In this document: one piece after another, positions 54,080 to 64,000 of the stretch
Layout of the letters: each line of letters opens with the position of its first letter
Numbering within the stretch: the first letter of the stretch is position 1
Source of the DNA: Octopus vulgaris
Lineage: Eukaryota
DNA length: 64,000 nucleotides
Reading direction: 5' to 3'
NCBI GenBank assembly: GCA_951406725.2
Contig: OX597816.1
Location: 161,882,001-161,946,000 of the forward strand
Position numbers and translations under genes: made by a program
The notes under the pieces: generated by a model
The model's input: the letters and a program-made list of their open reading frames with translations, nothing else
Told to the model about the DNA's origin: nothing
Database searches by the model: none

Positions 54080-55500
54080 ATTTTTAATTGCTTCCTGCTC
54101 ACTTTAATGATCTCAGTTGTTACCAATATTTTACAATTTTTGTGCGTTCGTAGGACGAGGTTCACCTTTGCATCCTTTTTCAACATCAGTACACTTTGAA
54201 GAATAATATAAAAATCTTCATGGTTTCTGAGATTCACTTCAGGTAGAGATATAGTAACGGATTCACTTCTTAGTACCCAGGCATCCTCCTCAATTATCTC
54301 ATTTCATTATATCGTATCACCGATAAAGTATAGTGGATAATATTTGTAGATGAGTATATCTTTCAATTATTGAAGTCTTATAATACAATCAATATCAGAC
54401 AGAATTCTACACAAACTGCTGGCTAAATGAGTTCTTGTGTGTTCTAGTGTGTTTCATATGACATGAGGTAAAGAATAGATGTTACTTCGAATCTTTACCT
54501 TTCTAATACATCATGTTTCATTTCGCTCGTCTGTCCCTTCAATACTAAAAATCTAAAAAAAATCGCAGTTTCTCTTGATTGTATTCAATTGTGAACTGAA
54601 TGGCATTATCTATTTCATTAAATAGTATTATAAATCCATTCATTTCTGTATGCATGTATTCTAAAGTATGAAGAAACCGCTTTGAAATCTTTTCCATTTC
54701 TCTCTCATATATTAATGGAATTTCCATACTTTCATAGCGATTCTCACCCAATTGTAATTTCCAAGGATCTCATAAGTAAATTTATATAAACTGCGACCAT
54801 TTTAGTGCTCATCTTAGTTCCAGATTTTTGTGGGTAATAGTCGACATGAAAAAGCTATTTTGAAGAATAAGTATAAACCCCTTAATAATTAATTCGCTTT
54901 TTTATACGTTCTAGTAATTCTTCTGTATAATTTTCCACACAGAATCGTTTCACTTTTATTCCATAGCTATTCATAAGACACAATAAAAGTTTTCCATTGA
55001 ACAGTTTTGGAAGACGGTAGAACATATCTAGATAATTTGTTATAAAACTTTTAATGTGTTTCAGAAATGGTTTCAATATGATGTCTAAATTACTGAAAAG
55101 GTTGGTTTTTACATTTTGAGTTAGATATTGGTATTAATTTTAAATAGTTTGGTGATAGAACAATAATGCATAAGCACGCTTCACTTGTTATTTTGCCTTT
55201 GTGAATTTTTGTTAAGTCGTAGAAAAGACGAGATTTACATATAAAATAGTTATATAACCACATCGTTTATCAGTAAATCCTTTTCACTGCAAGTGTAAAA
55301 GAAGTTGTAGGAGTTTTCATTACTTTCTCTTAGTTGTAGCATATAGCATTTTGTGTATATCGTCTTCTAGTAGAATTAAACAGGATTTTAAAAATAATGT
55401 GCCGCAGGTATCAATATAACTATAATTATTTTTCTCTATTCAGCTTAATTTTTTGCTTATTTTATGGAAAATTAAAAATGTGGTCCCAACAATCGTCGAA
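54080..55500 (-). mobile_element. Decayed Penelope-like reverse transcriptase
   Basis: KPFLKHIKSFITNYLDM, NAIQFTIEYNQEKLRFFLD and ILQSVLMLKKD...KVSRKQLK fragments in PLE order. Confidence 0.7.
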
Positions 55501-55683
55501 TGCTTTATTCCTTCATTGCAGTGATGAATTGGATATCAGACTTACGATCGTAACGTAGTGGCTTCATATTCCAAAAGTGGATGGTGTGTTACGTTCTTGG
55601 ACAGGTGTCTCGCAGTCTATTAGCCCCAATTTTTTTCAAATACACGATTCCAAGAGCCATTCATATTTATGTAACACTGTATA

Positions 55684-55745
<62 letters not shown>

Positions 55746-56019
55746 ATAAAAATGTGTAAGACAACAAAAGAATGAAAGAGAACTCGATATTATGTAAATA
55801 GAGGAATTTATCTGTAAATGTAATATGTGACAATTATTCGGTAGCCATGATAACACTCCGAGTTTTGGATGCCGAGGTGGAAACCCACGCCGCCATCTCT
55901 TCAATTATCTGGCCATATATATCAACCCCGGTAATTATTTATACATTTCAAAATGGAACCAGATGTGAATCATTGCTGAATTTCTCCCTCCGTCTTCCTT
56001 TTCTATTGGACTTCTCTCT

Positions 56020-56054
56020 GTTTCTGAAGAAGAGCTTTACTCGAAACGTTAAAC
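56020..56054 (+). ncRNA. Minimal type I hammerhead (stem III reduced to the palindrome ACGU)
   Basis: gttt-CTGAAGA-a-gag cttta ctc-GAAA-cg-TT-aaac, in a pLTR-like repeat ending at (TA)n. Confidence 0.75.
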
Positions 56055-56149
56055 CACTTTTCTTTCCTTCCCTGAGCATCTGCTAATACTTTACATGTAC
56101 CACGTCCTTGCGTTGTTAGTTTTTGTGTTTGTTCTTTGCTTTTTTTATT

Positions 56150-56179
<30 letters not shown>

Positions 56180-56183
<4 letters not shown>

Positions 56184-56491
56184 CATAAGGGACTAAAGCC
56201 ATCTGAATATGGCTAGGGACAGGGCAGGGTGGTGGGGGTGTTACTGTTGCATTTAGCCCCAGGCCAACATCAACGTCGCCAGATAGCTTGACACCATCAC
56301 GGTGTCCTTTAACCTGCAAAGGGAGATAATTCCCGGGGAATTATCTCCCTTTGCAGGTTAAAGGACACCGTGATGGTGTCAAGCCTATCTGGCGACGTTG
56401 ATGTTCGCCTGGGGCTAAATGCAACAGTAACACCCCCACCACCCTGCCCTGTCCCTAGCCATATTCAGATGGCTTTAGTCCCTTATGTTAT
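56180..56491. repeat. Near-perfect 312-bp palindrome with a 1-nt spacer at 56335
   Basis: Arms differ by one substitution and one indel when read by eye. Confidence 0.95.
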
Positions 56492-57007
56492 GGAGCAGTT
56501 ACTGTCTATATCTCATTTAGAGAATTATTATTATATATATATATATATATATACATGCAGTTACATACGCATTCTCACACAGACACATACAGATATGAGC
56601 ACACGCACCTATGCTTGAGTTTGTGTGTGTGTGTGCGTGTGTGTGTGTGAAAGAGAGAGAGAGCAAAAGATAAAAATAACGCATGCTAACAAAACTAGCA
56701 GACACTTTAAACTGAGAAATGTCACCATGTAAGTTCTACCGTGGAACGCATAAATGTGGAAAAAAAAAACAAAAAAACAAAAAAACGAACAAAAACCAAA
56801 CAAAAGCGCAGTACTCTACCGGATGTAAATTATAAGACCAATCGGAAACTTACTACAATCCATCACGTGCGACTGAAGATAAAAAAAATATAAAAAGTAA
56901 AAGTAAAAACTTGTTAGCATTGGAACCTTTTCTTCGTTGATATACAATCTGATGAATGCTAATACACGAAGAAACTTGCAGTAATGGAAACGTAGTCAAC
57001 TCCATAG

Positions 57008-57008
<1 letters not shown>

Positions 57009-57050
<42 letters not shown>

Positions 57051-57070
57051 TAACTACTACTACTACTACA

Positions 57071-57111
<41 letters not shown>

Positions 57112-57127
57112 CACCACCACCACCACC

Positions 57128-57202
<75 letters not shown>
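57009..57202. repeat. Compound (TAC)n(CAC)n(TAC)n(TGC)n
   Basis: Direct reading. Confidence 0.97.
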
Positions 57203-58144
57203 ACCTCTTCACAGAATATGCGTGTGTGTATATGTAGTATCATGTATTTGAAAAGATAGTTTTCAATAGAAAAATCGTTTCGAGTCGAGTCGGAAACACG
57301 AAAAAAGAAAAAAAGAAAAAAGAAATAAGAAAATGAAAAGAGAAAAAAAGAAAAAAGAAAGAAATGTTTGCTATAAAATACTCACTGCCTTCAGTTAATA
57401 AACTATACATCTTTCTTTCTTTTTTCTTTATCCGAATTTCTAATCATAGAAACGAATAAGCATTATACATTTAAAATACATAAATAGTCTTTCATGTTTT
57501 ACATAACAATTGAACGTTATTATATAAACTATGCAATGGAAGAGTAGAAAAAAATAATAGAATATGTATATTGCTTTTAAAAGCTTAGTATGTGTGGTTA
57601 CTGTTAGAAGAAATAATATATATATTTTTTGAATAGTTTCAAATGCTGACAAAAATATCAGGAATGGAAGAAATGTCAAACAGACAATAGCTAGGAGAGG
57701 AAGCAGATACAGAAATAGACTTTAGAGTTATGTAGATATTGAATGAAGCTATACAAAATTATGTTCATTCTGTGTTTAACCAAAGTTGTAGAGAGTACAA
57801 CACCCAAACATCGACTGTTGACGTTACACTAGGGACATAGCATTTACTGTTAAGTAATAATACAACAGAGGTCTTTATATCCCAGAAGGTGACTTATTTA
57901 ACAGCGGGTGTGACTAACTGACTGACTGATAGATAGGCTGAGTATTTGCTGTTTGTCATACCCAGTCAAGTAACGTAACATTGACGTTGATGTTAAGCTA
58001 ATGACAGATGTATAGACGTGGAAATAAATACAAATAGATAGAGGTTGATAGATTAAACAGAAAAAAATATGAGAAAACCGAAAGAAAGTGGAAAGTGTGT
58101 TCAAAGAGAGTTTGTGAAGGGAGAGGAGAGAAAAACTGAGAAAG

Positions 58145-58207
<63 letters not shown>

Positions 58208-58854
58208 GATAGATAGATTGATAGTTAGAGATAGATAGATAGATAAATAGAGAGAGAGAGGGAGAGAGAGAGAGAGAGAGAGAGAAACGGGTGAAGTAAG
58301 TAACTATGAGGGAAGGATAAAACCAATGAGTGAAAGAAAGAGAATTTAAAAAAAAGAGTTGGTTAGTGAGATTAAAGTGCTGCTAAGAGAGACTGAAAGA
58401 AAATTCAAGTAAACAACGTATGTGTTCTTTTAATTTAATTTAATGAAGAATTAATTAAAAAAAAATAGATCATTAACAGCTGGTGATACATATACACAAA
58501 CATCTGTACATAAATAGACTCAGACATACATGTATTCTGGAAGATGACTAAACAGTGAGTATGGCCATTTACTTGTTAATGAGCTGTGCAGCGAAGAAGG
58601 CATTTTAGGTAGCATTTTGCAGCTTTAACGACAACTGATGCGTAAATGTCTCTTCTCAGTTAAATGCAATGCAGAATCATGACGTTTGGCTTTGTGTACA
58701 TATTGTCATTTCAGTTCAACAATACAAAATACATCGTTTATGTATGTATGTATGTATGTATGTATGTATGTATGTATGTATGTATGTATGTATGTATGTA
58801 TGTATGTATGTATGCATGCATGCATATATGTATGTATGTATCTATCTATTTATC

Positions 58855-59104
58855 TACTCTTTTACTCTTTTACTTGTTTCAGTCATTTGACTGCGGCCAT
58901 GCTGGAGTACTGCCTTTAGTCGAGCAAATCGACCCCAGGACTTATTCTTTGTAAGCCTAGTACTTATTCTATCGGTCTCATTGCCGAACAGCTAAGTTAC
59001 GGGGACGTAAACACACCAGCATTGACTGTCAAGCGATGTTGGGGGGACAGACACAGACACACAAACACAGACACACAAACACAGACACACAGACACACAC
59101 ACAG

Positions 59105-59135
<31 letters not shown>

Positions 59136-59262
59136 CATACATATATATGACGGGCTTCTTTCAGTTTCCGTCTACCAAATCCACTCAAAAGGCTTTGGTC
59201 GGCCCGAGGCTATAGTAGAAGACACTTGCCCAAGGTGCCACACAATGGAACTGAACCCGGAA
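58855..59262 (-). mobile_element. SINE S1 with truncated head
   Basis: Matches 3005-3330. Confidence 0.9.
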
Positions 59263-59264
59263 AC

Positions 59265-59346
<82 letters not shown>

Positions 59347-59505
59347 ACATACATACATACATACATACATACATACATACATACATACATACATACATAC
59401 ATACATACATACATACATACATACATACATACATACATACATGCATGCATGCATACATACATACATACATACATACATACATACATACATACATACATAC
59501 ATACA

Positions 59506-59535
<30 letters not shown>
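59265..59535. repeat. (TATC)n(TACA)n microsatellite
   Basis: Direct reading. Confidence 0.97.
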
Positions 59536-59536
<1 letters not shown>

Positions 59537-60129
59537 TCATATACACGTTTAAACGCCATTGAAAGAGGGCAACGTGTGTGCATGTATTTTTATATGTACA
59601 TATGAGAAAAACAAATATACAAATACATACATGAATCATCTTGAGTATGCTTTATTTTCATATATAATCCCGTATCTAAACAGCTTGCGCTATGTCATAT
59701 AAAGAGCTTACATTATGTCATATATAATTCTAGATTTAATTCAATTCCATATAATATATTCAAATCTATTGAGCACTATGGTAAATTTTACACAAAAATA
59801 CATTATTGCGGTATTTGCGAAATTATTATACAATAATTCTTTTACATTTCAGAGTTTAAAAACAAAATCTGGCGAGCATTTTGCTATCAAATACTAATCA
59901 TAAATAGATGCGTTTTTTCCTCGTTTTTGAAATAATGATATTTTGTCTCGGTTGATGCAATGCTTTGATTCTAGTTTGTATCATCAACCAGCGTTTATAC
60001 CAAAAAGTAAAAAAAATTAACTTATTCTTTATAGCGATGCTAATGAATGCAACCAATGCACACAGAAATATATTCCTTATAGAAATATATATCTTGTGTG
60101 TGTGTGTGTGTACGTGCGCAAAACACATT

Positions 60130-60380
60130 TATACCCGAGTAACAAAAAAAATGTGTTTTTTATTTTGATAAGAATGCCTTTAGTTGTTTTCATGTATAAT
60201 TTCGTTTACGTTATATACTATACGTGTAACAAAAAATGTATTTATTTTAATATGTATACGCTGTTTGTCATCATATAGCGCTTCGTTTACATTCCATACT
60301 ATACGAGTAACAAAAAATGTATTTACTTTAATATGTTTTCTTTATTTGATTTCCTATATGATTTAGTTTACATTGTATCA
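60130..60380. repeat. Three degenerate ~85-bp tandem units
   Basis: cgagtaacaaaaaatgt-like motif at ~60136, 60223 and 60304. Confidence 0.7.
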
Positions 60381-61056
60381 TAGCTCTAGATTCAATGTAA
60401 TTCGATAAAATATATCTAAAATTATTGTGTTATTGTATACTTCGGTAGATATTGCACGTTGACATATTCTTGTGTTATTTGTGAAATATTAAACTATATA
60501 ATTGTGTCTATCTCACCCGTATTTAAAATTTTGCATCTTGCATTTTTTTAAGGTTATATATGCGAATTACAGAATTTTTTTGAGATAACGACGTTTCATT
60601 TCGGTTAATGAGAAACTTCAGTTCCGGTTTATACTAACATATATTTGATAACGTATATATAACGTATTACACACGTTCATTACCGGTCAGTAGTTGCCAT
60701 AGCTTGTACACATGTAAGAAGAGCACGAGTGATAACCCCAATCCAATTTAGCCGTCTTTATATAATAAGAACAAACAAAATACATAGACACAGGTGAGGT
60801 TTTGTGTTTAGAAGCTTGCAGAGAAGCAGAAAAATACGTAAATCGATACAAGAGGAATACGCTTTTATACATGATGTATAGTTCGCAGCTACACCCTATA
60901 CAAAAACGTTGTGTTCCATTAGACTATCAAATTTACAAAAAATTTACAAAAAATGAAAAGCACATTCTGAGATTCAAAATGAAATTTAGAAATTTAAATA
61001 GAACACTTTAAAAGAAAGAACACATGAGGAAAACACAAATAATAAAGATAGATAAA

Positions 61057-61439
61057 TCTCTCTCTATATAAACGGCAGTTTGTCTGTCTGCGTGTCTGTG
61101 TGTCTGTTAGGTTGTACCCTCACCCTGACCACGGCTTTCAACCGATTCTGATGAAACTTGACACACACATAGCCCAATGTCATAATTCAAAACTAACGCA
61201 GCGAAAATTTTGAAAAGTTCCCCCAGTTCTGAAAAAAAATCGATAAATTCGACATGGGGTCGAGAATCAGAAACAAACCACATACTGTCTAGGGGACGCA
61301 ACTCGACCTTTTTAACTCTCAAAAAAAATTTACCATCATTTTTTTCCCATTTTTTTGCTATTTTTTAGCTATAACTCTCTAAAAATGCTTTATAGTTATT
61401 TCCCTTACAAACCCGAGCAACGCCGGGCGATACTGCTAG
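61057..61439 (+). mobile_element. Complete non-autonomous Helitron
   Basis: A|TC start (tctctctctatataaacgg...gtctgtctg), subterminal hairpin cccgagcaacgccggg, CTAG|T end. Confidence 0.88.
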
Positions 61440-61877
61440 TAAAGATATAAATATCAAACAAGAACATAACATTGAGAACTTTAACCATGAAGACTGATAC
61501 ATTAAACGTGCCAACTTAATGACGAATCACAATGCTGGTCAATGAAAGCATACAGAAATAGGAATAAAAAAAAGAATATGTAAAAGATTTAAGAATAGGA
61601 AATCTTAAACATCGATTACATCAATATGATAGAAAAATTAAAGGTTTAACTAATAAACTAATTAAAATGGATAGTAGCTATTTCTATGAACCAATGAAGT
61701 ACTTCCTGAGGGTAACCTTGTCATTGAAGTAACGACACTATAAATGTAAATCGCAGACTTTATAAAAAAACATACTCAAAAATCAATATCACTGGGTAAA
61801 ACGAAATAATATACACAGAGACCATTGTAGCGATAGAGAAAAGGTATGTATTTCCTCATATCTATTTGTATAGGGTA

Positions 61878-62440
61878 GAGGCGCAATGGTCCAGTGGTTA
61901 GAGCAGCGGTCATATATCGGCGAGCTGGCAGAAACGTTAGCACGTCGGGCGAAATGCTTAGCCGTATTTCGTCTGCCGTTACGTTGTGAGTTCAAATTCC
62001 GCCGAGGTCGACTTTACCTTTCATCCTTTCGGGGTCGATAAATTAAGTACCAGTTACGCACTGGGGTCGATGTAATCGACTTAATATCTATGTCTGTCCT
62101 TGTTTGTCCCTTCTATGTTTAGCCCCTTGTGGGTAATAAAGAAATAGGTCATATATCGCGGTTTCGATTCGCAGACCGGGCGTTGTGAGTGTTTATTGAG
62201 CGAAAACACTTAAAGCTCCACGTGACTCCGGCAGGGGTTGTGGCGAACCCTGCTGTACTCTTTCATCACAACTTTTTCTGACTCTTTCTTCCTGTTTCTA
62301 TTGTACCTTGTCACACTTTATGTCACGCTGAATCTCCCCAAGAACTATGTTAAGGGTACACGTGTTTGTGTACTTGCGCGTTATTTCACGAGCAGATTGC
62401 ATCAACTGGAACCCTCGTCGTCGTAACCGACGGAGTGCCG
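61878..62440 (+). mobile_element. SINE S3b carrying a nested S2 (61920-62146)
   Basis: 12-bp TSD ggtcatatatcg at 61908-61919 and 62147-62158. Confidence 0.9.
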
Positions 62441-62469
62441 TAGTAAGTTGTATAGGAATATCACAGCTC

Positions 62470-63160
62470 AAGCAAGCAACGTAAGAAACAGAAAAATATG
62501 GGAAATAAAAGACAGCTCAATCCTTCACAAAATCAATAATTAAAGCACAAGAATGGCAAAAAGAAGGAAAGAAAAATTCTACAGAAATAAAATATAGCAA
62601 AAAATGTGCGAAAAAATGAAAGCCTGAAACAAGATGCTAAATCGGAAAGAATCTGTTGGTATGAGAAGCGACAACGATCCTTTGAACAAAATAAACAATA
62701 CGACTCTAACACAAAAGAATTTTATCGAGACTTAGATCAAAATAAAATAGAAATCAATACACCACTGACGGCAAAAGTTGTCGAAGAGTACTATGAAGTA
62801 TGGGTAACAAGAAGATATTGTTCAAAACAACAAACGCTGCAACTTAAACAATTGTGTGAGATTATAAACAATACGAGGAGTAACCCAAACGCTACAGAAT
62901 ACAAAGAACCTGGAAGACACCAAGGAATGATAAAATCTTAAACTTTTGAGTGAAATATTTAACAAACATATATAAAGAGCTTGTGAAAATAGTTAATAAC
63001 ATACTATTAAAACCATAAACAAATCCTTTCTGTCTTACTGGGAGGTGATCCATCTTAATCCCATTGACCAAATAAACGACAATCCCTAAATGCTTCAGGC
63101 CCCAAACTCGACTTCCTAAATCTTATAAACAACTAACTGCAATATTGAAGATAAGCAAAC
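62470..63160 (+). mobile_element. Old R4/Dong-like LINE fragment (pre-RT region)
   Basis: LKQDAKSERICWYEKRQRSFEQNKQYDSNTKEFYRDL parallels IKQKVCAKAARIPRYEKRIRFFKDNIFNNNTKNF in copy A. Confidence 0.7.
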
Positions 63161-63589
63161 ATCTGAAAAAAGAAAAACAACAACACCAACAACAACAACA
63201 ATCCTCATTTCTGGAATGGCAGAGGGAGGTTGCAAAATATAAGTTGACCATAAACGTGTAAACGTAAATTATTGGTAAACGAAGCGAGTTCTGGAGATTG
63301 TGGATGGATAAGGAAGAGTCTGAGCATAACATGAATTTACTATCAGGAATCTTTTGACAGTGTTTCGCATACTGAGAGCTTTAGCCATGAGAAAAGATAC
63401 CGTCTTATTACACCAATAATAAGCAGCTCCTTGGAGTTGGTTGGTCACTTATCTCTTTCACTTAGGCATCTTCGATCCACTCATCTCTCCATCTATCGTC
63501 CCCTGCCCCACACTATTTCCGGTCCTTTTTCTCAGACCAACGTATTTTGATTTAAGAGCGACCGACATGAACTAGTAATATTTTACACA

Positions 63590-64000
63590 TAAGTGCCGCT
63601 ATGATTTCCCAACTACATAATTCCAGGATCAGTCAAACTGCAGGGAACATACGGTAAGTGTCTTCCATTATAGCCTCGGGCCAACCAAAACTTTATGGGT
63701 TGATTTAGTAGACGGAAACTGAAAGAAGCTCATCATATATATATATATATATATATCTATATGTGTGTGTGTTTGTGTGTGTGTGTGAGTGTGTGCGAGG
63801 GTATGCGCGTGTGTGTGTGTGCATTTGTGTCTGTGTATGTGCCCTCCCAATGCATGACAACCGGTGTTGGTGTGTTTACGTCCCCGGAACTTATCAGTTC
63901 GCTAAAAGAGAATGACAGAATATGTACCAGACTATAAGAAAATAAGTACTGGGGTCGATTTGTTCGCTAAGACGGCGAGCAGGCAGAAACGTTAGCATGC
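63590..64000 (+). mobile_element. Diverged S1 followed by the start of an S2 at the window end
   Basis: S1 body 63590-63968; gacggcgagcaggcagaaacgttagc at 63971. Confidence 0.8.

Noticed and set aside
56945-56990. CTGATGA...GAAAC-ttgcag-TA hammerhead-like string
   Set aside because: No stem II pairing and a weak stem I; likely chance.
60130-60380. CRISPR-like repeat-spacer pattern
   Set aside because: Eukaryotic context, only three degenerate units, the spacers resemble each other, and there are no cas genes.

Overview
AT-rich, microsatellite-saturated animal non-coding DNA (intron or intergenic). The dispersed tRNA-derived SINE families resemble octopus SINEs; this is inference from recalled family structure, not a database hit. 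No intact gene is visible and most listed ORFs are translations of simple repeats. The window holds three SINE families (more than 25 copies or fragments), a cluster of decayed R4/Dong-like restriction-endonuclease LINEs sitting in (TAA)n tracts (29.7-35.7 kb, plus one near 62.5 kb), several Penelope-like (GIY-YIG) remnants, Tc1 and mariner transposase relics, non-autonomous Helitrons, a piggyBac-type MITE, a ~310-bp near-perfect palindrome, and one candidate host terminal exon (~5.1-5.3 kb). The main signal outside the ORF track is about 14 type I hammerhead ribozyme (HHR) motifs of the form stem I - CUGANGA - stem II - GAAA - short or palindromic stem III - NUH - stem I. About five have intact cores. 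They sit just 3' of GIY-YIG ORFs or inside short non-coding elements with inverted duplications that insert in (TA)n tracts. All coordinates and pairings were read by eye.
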